64,000 bases of DNA from an uncultured Porphyromonas sp. (GTDB taxonomy: Bacteria > Bacteroidota > Bacteroidia > Bacteroidales > Porphyromonadaceae). Location of the stretch: positions 18,989 to 82,988 of the forward strand of contig NZ_CALIXW010000035.1 of the NCBI RefSeq assembly GCF_938046015.1, in the 5' to 3' direction. A model generated the notes under the pieces. It was not told the DNA's origin, made no database searches, and worked only from the letters and a program-made list of their open reading frames with translations. A program made the translations under genes and the position numbers. This document shows positions 19,966 to 29,284 of the stretch, piece after piece; position 1 is the first letter of the stretch, and each line of letters begins with the position of its first letter.

Positions 19966-20103
19966 AGCAAGCTAGAGGGGAGAATACTTATTCCTCGAGG
20001 GGCTACGTCTAGGTAAAGCTCGAAGTGCTCTTCCTCTATACCCAGTTCGACGTATACATTAGCTCTGAGAGGAGGCGTGCGTAGGCGGGGCTTAGGCTAG
20101 GGA

Positions 20104-20153
20104 CAAAAAAAGCGCGTCCCGAGACCAGACGCCTGGGGCGTGGTCTCGGGACG
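20104..20153 (-). terminator. intrinsic terminator downstream of gapA
   Basis: Hairpin gcgtcccgagaccagacgcctggggcgtggtctcgggacgc with an A8 run on the + strand (T8 on the - strand) immediately 3'. Confidence 0.7.
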
Positions 20154-20178
20154 CTCGTGATAGCGGGGTGTCGGGCGA

Positions 20179-21195
<1,017 letters not shown>

Positions 21196-21272
21196 TTATA
21201 CGTGAATACTATTTATACTGCTTTGGTGCGCTGGTCGAGGCAGCCCGTAGGGCATACCCGCCTTTTGCTCCG

Positions 21273-21280
21273 CAAATTTA
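21273..21280 (-). promoter_or_regulatory. possible -7 box (TAAATTTG on the - strand) for gapA
   Basis: TAnnTTTG motif about 90 bp upstream of the gap ATG, implying a long leader. Confidence 0.3.
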
Positions 21281-21413
21281 CGGAAATTTATCCACATCAC
21301 CTAAGCGCTGCTAGGTCTCGGTGCATAATCTCCTCCCGCCTCGCTCAGCTGGGGGCGAGACTCGCGGTCGAAGGCGCGTCAGAGGGGCTCTAAGCCAAGG
21401 GGAAAAGGGCTCC

Positions 21414-21500
21414 TGAGGGATATCCGTCAGACGCCCGACGGACGGCAGTCAGCGCCGTGAGGGACGGCAGTCAGCGGGCTGAGGGCTATCCCTCGCGGCG
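21414..21500. repeat. array of about 4 units of the 22-bp near-palindromic repeat
   Basis: gagggatatccgtcagacgccc / gacggacggcagtcagcgccgt / gagggacggcagtcagcgggct / gagggctatccctcgcgg. Confidence 0.8.
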
Positions 21501-21630
21501 TGAGCAGCGGACTCTTGCCGCGCTGAGCTGCCTAAGCGGCCTTGCTTGAGGCCGCTTGGACAGCTGTCGTGGTGCTTATGGGGAGGGGAAATCGCCCTTG
21601 GTCGGGGAGGAGGGGGCGCTTACGCAGCGC

Positions 21631-22569
21631 TTAGGCCAAGGGGGCTGTGGGGGCCTCGAGGAGGGCCAGGGCGGACTCGAGGAGGTCGGGGGCGCTGGCG
21701 TCGAGCCAATGGATGGAGGGGTCGCGCTGCCACCAGCTGAGCTGCTTGCGGGCATAGTGGCGGCTGTTGCGCTGGATGAGGCGGATGGCCTCGGCGCGGT
21801 CGATGGTGCCATCGAAGTAGGCGAAGAGCTCCTTGTAGCCTACGGTGTTCAGCGCGTTGAGCTCGCGGTAGGGGTAGACGGCGCGCGCCTCGGCCTCCAG
21901 CCCCACCTCGAGCATCAGCTCCACACGCCGATCTATGCGGGCGTAGAGCTCGGGGCGTGGGCGCTGGAGCCCGACCCTCAGGATGCGGAAGGGGCGCTGC
22001 TTGGGCTCCCCTCGGTGGTAGCTGGTGAAGGGGCGGCCCGTGGCGAGGTAGACCTCCCAGGCATGGAGGAGGCGCTTGTAGTTGGCTGGGTCGACCTGGC
22101 TCAGATAGTCGGGGTCGACCCGCTCCAGCTCCTGGCGTATGCCCTCTAGCCCCTCGGCCTCGTAGCGCTGCCAGACGGCACGGCGCAGCTCCTCGGGCAC
22201 GCTGGGCACGGCGTCGAGCCCGCGGCAGAGCGCATCGACGTACATCATCGAGCCGCCCGAGACGAGGACGACGGGATGCTCCGCGAAGAGTCCCGCGAGC
22301 GTCTCCAGCGCCTCCTGCTCGTAGTCGGAGGCGCTGTAGTAGTCGTGGATGCTGTGTGTGCCTACGAAGTAATGAGGTACAGCCGCTCGCTCCTCTAGGG
22401 AGGGGGCAGCTGTGCCTATAGGGAGCTCGCGGTAGATCTGCCGCGAGTCAGCCGAGAGGATGCTCGTGGAGAGGCGCTGCGCCAGGCGGATACTTAGCTC
22501 CGTCTTGCCTACCCCCGTGGCCCCCACGAGGACTAGGAGCAGCGGGCTGCTAGTAGAGGCTCTCGGCAT
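21631..22569 (-). CDS. miaA: tRNA dimethylallyltransferase
   Basis: P-loop GATGVGKTELS...LSADSRQIYRELPIGTAAP. Start placed at an internal Met (MPRAST) because the 51 codons upstream are low-complexity and overlap the upstream gene. The ORF extends to 22620. Confidence 0.85.
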   Translation of the reverse strand: MPRASTSSPLLLVLVGATGVGKTELSIRLAQRLSTSILSADSRQIYRELPIGTAAPSLEERAAVPHYFVGTHSIHDYYSASDYEQEALETLAGLFAEHPVVLVSGGSMMYVDALCRGLDAVPSVPEELRRAVWQRYEAEGLEGIRQELERVDPDYLSQVDPANYKRLLHAWEVYLATGRPFTSYHRGEPKQRPFRILRVGLQRPRPELYARIDRRVELMLEVGLEAEARAVYPYRELNALNTVGYKELFAYFDGTIDRAEAIRLIQRNSRHYARKQLSWWQRDPSIHWLDASAPDLLESALALLEAPTAPLA

Positions 22570-23095
22570 CCGCGATATCGAAGCCCTCGAGGTCAAGCTC
22601 ATCCTCGCTGAAGGACTCATCCCCGAAGTCCTCGCCCTCGAAGGGCGTCCCAGAGATGGCCGCAGCGCGTGTCAGCGACTCCTCGAAGGAGGCGATCTGC
22701 TTCGGCGCCTTGCCCTCACTGAGGATCATCTGGGGGGTCTCGAGGCTCTTGCCTGGCTGCAGCTCCTCGACCTCGATGAAGAGGCCGCGCTCACTGAGCA
22801 TGTCGAAGACGAAGAAGAGGTGGTCGCCACGGCGCTCGAGCTTGTCCTCCAGCAGCGTGTCGGCCATCAGCAGGCTGTCCTCGTCGGGGCGTGAGCCCAT
22901 GTCCATGCGGGTGATCTCCTCCTCCTTCTGCCAGTCCTCGTCGCAGACGTAGAAGCTCGTCAGCTCGTCGGGACGGTAGCCCAGGCTGTCGAGGATGAAG
23001 TCATTGAGCTGCAGGAAGCTCGCCTCGGAGTCGATGAGTAGCTCGCGGCGGAAGAAGTCGTTCTCGTCCGAGAGCAGGGATAGACGGTATACCAT
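22550..23095 (-). CDS. hypothetical acidic protein, possibly pRiA4b ORF-3-like family
   Basis: 181 aa with a highly acidic C-terminus (EGEDFGDESFSEDELDLEGFDIADAESLY). No confident family recognised by eye. Confidence 0.35.
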   Translation of the reverse strand: MVYRLSLLSDENDFFRRELLIDSEASFLQLNDFILDSLGYRPDELTSFYVCDEDWQKEEEITRMDMGSRPDEDSLLMADTLLEDKLERRGDHLFFVFDMLSERGLFIEVEELQPGKSLETPQMILSEGKAPKQIASFEESLTRAAAISGTPFEGEDFGDESFSEDELDLEGFDIADAESLY

Positions 23096-23173
23096 AATAT
23101 AGGTGGATCTAGGTGCGGGCGCGCCCCAGCAGCAGCGCCCCCGTGCTGGGTGCTAGGCGCTGCTACGGGTGCG

Positions 23174-24934
23174 CTACTTGGGCTGCGTGAGGGAGAGGCA
23201 GAGCTCGTCGAGCTGCTCCTGGTCGATGAGCGAGGGCGCATCGATCATCACGTCGCGGCCAGAGTTATTCTTGGGGAAGGCGATACAGTCACGGATGCTG
23301 TCCAGCCCAGCGAAGAGCGAGACGAAGCGATCCAGCCCGTAGGCCAGCCCGCCGTGGGGAGGAGCCCCGTACTTGAAGGCATTCATCAGGAAGCCGAACT
23401 GCTCCTGAGCCTTCTCTGGGGTGAAGCCGAGGAGGTCGAACATCTGTGCCTGCAGCCCGCTGTCGTGGATACGGATCGAGCCACCGCCGACCTCGACGCC
23501 GTTGATGACCATGTCGTAGGCATTGGCACGCACGGCTCCTGGGTCGGTCGCCAGTAGGGGGATGTCCTCGGGCTTGGGTGAGGTGAAGGGGTGGTGCATG
23601 GCGTAGAAGCGCTGCGTCTCCTCATCCCACTCGAAGAGCGGGAAGTCCACCACCCAGAGGCAGGAGAACTGGCGCTTGTCTCTGAGCCCGAGCTGCGAGC
23701 CCAGCTCAAGCCGGAGCTCGCAGAGCTGCTTGCGTACCTTCATCGGCTCGTCCCCCGAGAGGATGAGGATGAGGTCGCCGGGTACGGCCTGCATCTTGGA
23801 GGCCAGTGCCTGCAGCGTCTCCTGGCTGTAGAACTTGTCCACGCTGCTCTTGACCGTGCCGTCGGCCTCGACGCGTGCGTAGACCATCCCCTTAGCACCG
23901 ATCTGCGGGCGCTTGACGAAGTCCGTCAGGGCATCCAGCTGCTTACGCGTGTAGCTGGCGGTACCCTGGGCACAGATGCCCCCGATGTAGGCGGCATCGT
24001 CGAAGACCCCGAAGCCGAAGCCCGAGAGCGTATCCTTGAGCTCTACAAACTCCATGCCAAAGCGCGTGTCGGGCTTGTCCGACCCGTAGCGGCTCATCGC
24101 CTCCTGCCAGCTCATGCGGGGGAAGGGAGTGGTGACCTCCACGCCCAGCAGCTCCTGGAAGAGGTACTTCGTCATGCCCTCGAAGATGGTCAGCACGTCC
24201 TCCTGCTCCACGAAGCTCATCTCGCAGTCGATCTGCGTGAACTCGGGCTGGCGGTCGGCGCGCAGGTCTTCGTCGCGGAAGCACTTGACGATCTGGAAGT
24301 AGCGGTCGAAGCCGCTGACCATCAGCAGCTGCTTGAAGGTCTGCGGTGACTGCGGCAGGGCGTAGAACTGATTGGGGTTCATGCGCGAGGGCACGACGAA
24401 GTCGCGGGCGCCCTCAGGGGTAGACTTGATCAGTACGGGCGTCTCGACCTCGAGGAAGCCCTGGGCGTCGAGGTAGCGACGTACGGCTAGGGCGAAGCGG
24501 TGACGCAGCTCGAGGTTGGAGCGCACGCAGCTGCGGCGTAGGTCGAGGTAGCGGTACTTCATACGCAGGTCATCACCGCCGTCGGTCTCGTCCTCGATGG
24601 TGAAGGGGGGGACCTCCGAGGCGTTGAGCACGCTGAGGCGCTCGACGAGGATCTCGATGTCGCCCGTGTCGAGCTTGGGGTTCTTGTTCTCACGCTCGGC
24701 GACCTTGCCCGAGACCTGGATGACGTATTCGCGTCCCAGCTTCTCAGCCTGGGCGATGAGGTCGGGGCCGACGAGGCTCTCGTTGAAGACCAGCTGCGTG
24801 ATGCCGTAGCGGTCACGCAGATCGACGAAGATCATGCCGCCCATGCGACGTGCCTTCTGTACCCAGCCGGCGAGCGTGACCTGCTCCCCGACCTGGCTGA
24901 GGCGCAGCGCGCCGCAGGTAGTAGTGCGATACAT
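23174..24934 (-). CDS. aspS: aspartate--tRNA ligase
   Basis: 586 aa. Class II aaRS motifs [18 protein letters not shown] and GGGSIRIH, with an N-terminal OB fold. Confidence 0.92.
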   Translation of the reverse strand: MYRTTTCGALRLSQVGEQVTLAGWVQKARRMGGMIFVDLRDRYGITQLVFNESLVGPDLIAQAEKLGREYVIQVSGKVAERENKNPKLDTGDIEILVERLSVLNASEVPPFTIEDETDGGDDLRMKYRYLDLRRSCVRSNLELRHRFALAVRRYLDAQGFLEVETPVLIKSTPEGARDFVVPSRMNPNQFYALPQSPQTFKQLLMVSGFDRYFQIVKCFRDEDLRADRQPEFTQIDCEMSFVEQEDVLTIFEGMTKYLFQELLGVEVTTPFPRMSWQEAMSRYGSDKPDTRFGMEFVELKDTLSGFGFGVFDDAAYIGGICAQGTASYTRKQLDALTDFVKRPQIGAKGMVYARVEADGTVKSSVDKFYSQETLQALASKMQAVPGDLILILSGDEPMKVRKQLCELRLELGSQLGLRDKRQFSCLWVVDFPLFEWDEETQRFYAMHHPFTSPKPEDIPLLATDPGAVRANAYDMVINGVEVGGGSIRIHDSGLQAQMFDLLGFTPEKAQEQFGFLMNAFKYGAPPHGGLAYGLDRFVSLFAGLDSIRDCIAFPKNNSGRDVMIDAPSLIDQEQLDELCLSLTQPK

Positions 24935-24967
24935 AGCTATATCTATTGTATGGTGTTGTCTCTAGCG

Positions 24968-24975
24968 CAAAAGTA
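24968..24975 (-). promoter_or_regulatory. candidate -7 box (TACTTTTG on the - strand) for aspS
   Basis: TAnnTTTG motif about 34 bp upstream of the aspS ATG. Confidence 0.45.
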
Positions 24976-25199
24976 CGAAGAATTGACCGACCGCGCCCTG
25001 CCGTGCGCCTTCGGCCCTGAGCTGCTTAGGCTGTAGACTCAGCCCGCCTAGCGCTGAGGCGCCCTGAGCCCCTCGGGGCTGGATAGCGAGGAGGCCACCG
25101 AGCAGGGTCGCTCGGTGGCCTCTATAGGGCGCTTAGGCCTTGTCTGTCTCCCGCCGCTGCTTACTCTAGGAGGGAGGTAGCGGCGCGGGAGCTAGAGCT

Positions 25200-25799
25200 C
25201 TAGAGCCTAATCCCGTACTGCAGCTCCAGGAGGATGGGGGTCTCGCCTCTCTGGCTGCTCGAGGACCAAAACTTCGTGCCATCATACATGTGTATGCGGT
25301 TACGAACGTAGCCCAGCCCTAGGGCGGTGCGCAGGTAGCTCTTTTGGCTCAGCCCGAAGGTCCATCCGAAGCTCAGGGCTCGGCCAAGGCTATAGTCTGT
25401 CCACATATACTCGCTTGGCTTGGGGCCGAAGAGGGAGAGCTTGTTTCCTCCCTCGATTGCTAGGCGGAAGCTCAGATAGCCCCCCTTCTGATAGTAGGGG
25501 CTGGTGGAGGCCTTGGAGAAGTACCAGCGTGGGGCGAACTCTAGGTAAGGGGCTAGACCGCTGAAGTTCAGCTCTCCCTTCCCGCTAGCCCCTTTGCTAT
25601 AGCCTAGCCCGATAGCCAAGCCTGTCCGAGCGGTGAGGGAGAAGCGGCGAGAGAGTCGGAACTCGTAGCTGAGCCCATTATGGGAGCCGAGCTCGAAGCC
25701 GTACTGGTGGCGCTGCAGGGGAGCCTCAGCCTCCTGCGCTAGGAGTGTGCCTGTCCCAAGGGCTAGGGTGAGCCCTAGCTGTAGGATCGTTTTCTTCAT
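25200..25799 (-). CDS. small outer-membrane beta-barrel-like protein (DUF3575-like), with signal peptide
   Basis: Start placed at MKKTILQLGLTLALGTGTLLAQ. Alternating hydrophobic beta-strand pattern and a C-terminal aromatic-rich end. The ORF extends to 25853. Confidence 0.45.
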   Translation of the reverse strand: MKKTILQLGLTLALGTGTLLAQEAEAPLQRHQYGFELGSHNGLSYEFRLSRRFSLTARTGLAIGLGYSKGASGKGELNFSGLAPYLEFAPRWYFSKASTSPYYQKGGYLSFRLAIEGGNKLSLFGPKPSEYMWTDYSLGRALSFGWTFGLSQKSYLRTALGLGYVRNRIHMYDGTKFWSSSSQRGETPILLELQYGIRL

Positions 25800-26047
25800 A
25801 TTGATCTTAATATGTAGTGTAGCTGACAGCCTCCCTGCGGGTGCAGGGGGCACCCGTCGCTTCGCCTCCTAGGCGAGTGGCGGGGTGTAGCAGAGGCAAA
25901 GATATAGGAATTATCCGCACAGCGCAAGGCGCTGGTGTCACGAAGGGCGCAGGAGGCTAAGACGGATGCTCTTAGCCCCCTGCGCTTGGGGAGAGAGGAG
26001 GGTCGTGCTAGGCTTGGCGGCGGGCTTCGGGATGGGGGCGGCTCGGG

Positions 26048-27148
26048 CTAGTTCGCCTGGGGACGAAGGGTGATGACGGCGTATTCGCTCTGGGTGCCTA
26101 TGCGGTACTTGCCGCCCCAGATGCCTATGCCGCTCGAGACGTAGTACTGCGTGGCGCCGCGGCGGTGGTAGCCGTGTGCCCGCTCGTAGAGCTGGTCCAC
26201 GACGAGGTTGAGGGGGAAGACCTGCCCGCGGTGCGTATGCCCCGAGAGCTGGAGGTCTATGCCCGCCTGCTCGGCCTCCTCGAGGTGGTGGGGCTGGTGG
26301 TCGAGCAGGAGGATGGGCTTCGTGCGGTCGAGCCCTGCCGTCAGCTCCTGCAGCGAGCGGCGACGGCGATTGGTCGCATCATCGCGCCCGATGATGTAGA
26401 GCTTGTCCTCGAATGTGGCTACCGAGTCCTGCAGCAGCTGGATCTTCGTCTGACGGATGAAGCTCTTCTCTCGCGCCTCGCCGCCGATGTACTCATGATT
26501 GCCGAGACAGGCGTAGACGGGGGCCTCGAGCTGATTCACCAGTTCGGCCAGGCGATCCTCCAGCACGGGGCGCACGTCGCCATCCACGAGGTCGCCCGCG
26601 ATGAGGATGAGGTCGGGGCGCTCGGCATTGATGAGCTGTACCCAGCGGCTCAGCTCCTCGCGGCCTATGGTGTAGCCTAGGTGCAGGTCACTGATGCCGA
26701 CGATCTTGATCGGGCGCTCCAGCTGCTTGGCCACGGTGAGCTCCAGCGGTACGCGCTCTTTGTGCTGGTAGCGGTAGCTGCCCCAGGCGAAGATGCCGAC
26801 GATGAGGAGCCCCAGCGCGCCCGCCAGCGGCCAGCTCGGGGCGAGGAGCGGTCGTAGCTGTGGGATGAGGCGCAGCAGGTCGAGCGCGAGGAAGAGGAGG
26901 ACGAGGTAGAGCAGCCAGAAGATCCAGGACGTGCTGAAGGGGTAGGTATAGCGCGTCACGGCTACCGACAGACTGCCCCTGAGGAGCAGGCTGATGAGGC
27001 TGAGAGCGAAGGCCCCGAGCCACAGCCCTAGGACGATCCAGCGCAGGGCAGGCGTCATGGGGGCGATGGTCACGAGGCGCCAGCTAGAGTAGCCGAGGCC
27101 GAGGAGGAGGACGGAGATGGCCGTCACGATCATCGCTATAGGAGGCAT
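26048..27148 (-). CDS. membrane-anchored calcineurin-like metallophosphoesterase
   Basis: 366 aa. Several N-terminal TM helices, then the GISDLHLG...IAGDLVDGD...CLGNHEY phosphoesterase motifs. Confidence 0.75.
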   Translation of the reverse strand: MPPIAMIVTAISVLLLGLGYSSWRLVTIAPMTPALRWIVLGLWLGAFALSLISLLLRGSLSVAVTRYTYPFSTSWIFWLLYLVLLFLALDLLRLIPQLRPLLAPSWPLAGALGLLIVGIFAWGSYRYQHKERVPLELTVAKQLERPIKIVGISDLHLGYTIGREELSRWVQLINAERPDLILIAGDLVDGDVRPVLEDRLAELVNQLEAPVYACLGNHEYIGGEAREKSFIRQTKIQLLQDSVATFEDKLYIIGRDDATNRRRRSLQELTAGLDRTKPILLLDHQPHHLEEAEQAGIDLQLSGHTHRGQVFPLNLVVDQLYERAHGYHRRGATQYYVSSGIGIWGGKYRIGTQSEYAVITLRPQAN

Positions 27149-27162
27149 AGGGGAGCAAGCGC

Positions 27163-28464
27163 TTAGTGACGGAGGTCGCGCGGCTCGACGGGGATATTGC
27201 GCTTGAGGATCAGGCGCAGCGAGCGGTCGTAGGTGATGTAGTTCCAGACCCAGTTCAGCAGGACGATGATCTTATTGCGCACCGAGAGAATGGAGCGTAG
27301 GTGCACGACCAGCCAGAGCAGCCAGGCGGAGAAGCCGCCCCACTTCAGACGGCCGATCTCGGCCACGGCCTTATTACGCCCTATGGTGGCCATAGAGCCC
27401 AGGTCGCGGTAGGCGAAGGGACGCTGAGGACGGCCCTCGAGGCGTGCCTTGAGGTTAGAGGCCAGGAGCTTCGCCTGCTGTAGGGCTACCTGCGCCTGCT
27501 GTGGATGTCCCTGCGGGTAGTTGGGGTCCGTGGTCATGAGGCTCTGGTCGCCGAGGGCGAAGATGTCGGGGTAGCCGAGGACCTCGCTATGGGCGTCGAC
27601 GAGGATGCGGCGGCCACGGCCGAGGGTCTCTGCCGCGAGGCCCGCCACCTCGTTGGCGGTGATACCGCTCACCCAGATGACGGTGCGGGAGCGCATGACC
27701 TCGCCGTCGGCGAAGGAGAGCGTCAGCCCGTCGTAGTCGGTGACCATCTTGCCGAAGTGCAGCTCCACCCCTAGGCTCCTCAGCCCACGGGCTGCGGCCT
27801 CGGAGCTCTTCTCACTCATCGCCCCCAAGAGGCGTGGTGCGGCATCCACCAGATGGATCTCGAAGGCGTCGATATCCAGCCCCGGGTAGTCCTTGGGCAG
27901 GACGTAGCGCTTCATCTCCGCCAGCGCCCCAGCGATCTCGACCCCTGAGGGGCCGCCGCCGACGATGATGACGCGCAGCAGGGCGGCCTGCTCCTCGGGA
28001 TGGTCTGCCACCAGTGCCTGCTCGATATGCTGAAGTAGGATGTTACGTAGGTTTATCGACTCGTAGAGCGTCTTCATCGGTAGGGCGTGGCGCGCCACCT
28101 GCTCCTTGCCGAAGAAGTTCGTCGTCCCGCCGCAGGCCAGCACGAGGTAGTCGTAGCTGACGGGCCCCACGGAGGTGAGGAGCTGCTTCTGCTCGGCGTC
28201 GACCGCCTCCACCGAGGCTAGGCGGAAGAGGAAGTTATCCTTGCGGCGGAAGGCCGAGCGGAAGGGGAAGGCGATGCTGCTGGGCTCGAGGCCCGAGGAG
28301 GCCACCTGGTAGATCAGCGGGGGGAACTGGTGGTAGTTGTTCTGATCGATCAGGACGATCTGGAAGCGACTACTATCGAGCTCCTGGGCGAGCTTGAGCC
28401 CGCCGAAGCCTCCGCCTGCGATGACCACGCGGGGCAGCGAGGAGCTGGGGATATTGATGCTCAT
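27163..28464 (-). CDS. ndh: type II NADH:quinone oxidoreductase (NDH-2)
   Basis: 433 aa. Two dinucleotide-binding motifs (VVIAGGGFGGLK and IIVGGGPSGVEIAGAL). Confidence 0.85.
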   Translation of the reverse strand: MSINIPSSSLPRVVIAGGGFGGLKLAQELDSSRFQIVLIDQNNYHQFPPLIYQVASSGLEPSSIAFPFRSAFRRKDNFLFRLASVEAVDAEQKQLLTSVGPVSYDYLVLACGGTTNFFGKEQVARHALPMKTLYESINLRNILLQHIEQALVADHPEEQAALLRVIIVGGGPSGVEIAGALAEMKRYVLPKDYPGLDIDAFEIHLVDAAPRLLGAMSEKSSEAAARGLRSLGVELHFGKMVTDYDGLTLSFADGEVMRSRTVIWVSGITANEVAGLAAETLGRGRRILVDAHSEVLGYPDIFALGDQSLMTTDPNYPQGHPQQAQVALQQAKLLASNLKARLEGRPQRPFAYRDLGSMATIGRNKAVAEIGRLKWGGFSAWLLWLVVHLRSILSVRNKIIVLLNWVWNYITYDRSLRLILKRNIPVEPRDLRH

Positions 28465-28610
28465 AGATTGGAATAGCTAAATACGTCTTTATTCGTCTGC
28501 AGGGATAGAACCGCCCTTGTGGGCAAAAGGTTACGAGCCCTGTGCCCTACCTGTCGCACGGCTGCTTCCCCTAGGCTTACCGCCCGAGCGCGGCTGTGGG
28601 GGAGGCTTCT

Positions 28611-28696
28611 TGAGGGATATCAGTCAGCGCCGTGAGGGACGTCTGTCAGGTGCGTCAGGGACGTCCGTCAGCGCCGTGAGAGATATCCCTCAGCGC
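28611..28696. repeat. array of 4 units of the 22-bp near-palindromic repeat, including a perfect palindromic end unit
   Basis: tgagggatatcagtcagcgccg / tgagggacgtctgtcaggtgcg / tcagggacgtccgtcagcgccg / tgagagatatccctcagcgc. Confidence 0.85.
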
Positions 28697-28910
28697 AGCC
28701 CCCTGGAAGCTGGGCGCTCGCTACCCCCTTGCCGCTGGCGGCAGTCGTAGACCACCCGTGGGGGCTCCCCGTAGCGCGGCTGTGGGGCTTCGTTCGCTTG
28801 GTGGCGAGCTAGCTCTAGGCTGAGCCGAGCTGATGGGGCTCCCCCCTTAGGCAGGGGCTGTCGCTCCCTTAGCGGGGGGGCGCCGCGGCTAGCTCGCCGA
28901 ATGGGAATAG

Positions 28911-29186
28911 ATGTGTACATTTGCTCCTAGTACAATGACTACAAATAAGCTGACAAGTATGAAGCCCAAGCAACTGCTATCCCCCACCGTCGTACGCACG
29001 ATACTCCTCGTCGTCTACTGCCTCATCGGCTGGTGGCTCTTCTACTATCACGAGGGGATGAGCCTCCGGGAGGCCTATCGGAGCCTCCTGCCGCTGCTCC
29101 TCTTCGTGCTCTGCCTGCCTGCGGCAGCTGCACGGACGCAGCGCTTCCTCGCCCGACTGCGTCGCGAGTCCCAGCAGCAGGCCTAG
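28911..29186 (+). CDS. possible small membrane protein (weak call)
   Basis: 91-aa ORF with two hydrophobic stretches. No homology recognised. Lies in an otherwise empty 445-bp gap. Confidence 0.2.
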   Translation: MCTFAPSTMTTNKLTSMKPKQLLSPTVVRTILLVVYCLIGWWLFYYHEGMSLREAYRSLLPLLLFVLCLPAAAARTQRFLARLRRESQQQA

Positions 29187-29284
29187 CCCTCCGATAGACA
29201 CTCCTACATCTAAGTACGACAGCGCCCGCCTCCCCAGCTAGGGAAGGCGGGCGCTGTCTGTAGTAGGTGTGCTGAGCAGCGGCG

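Noticed and set aside
13420-20178. Calling the repeat-bounded cassette a transposon, ICE or prophage
   Set aside because: No transposase, integrase, relaxase or phage structural genes are present, and no target-site duplication could be identified. It is reported as a finding rather than annotated as a mobile_element.
28911-29186. Confident gene call for the 91-aa ORF
   Set aside because: No homology, and the start is weak. It may simply be an ORF in a repeat-containing intergenic region, so it is listed with low confidence only.
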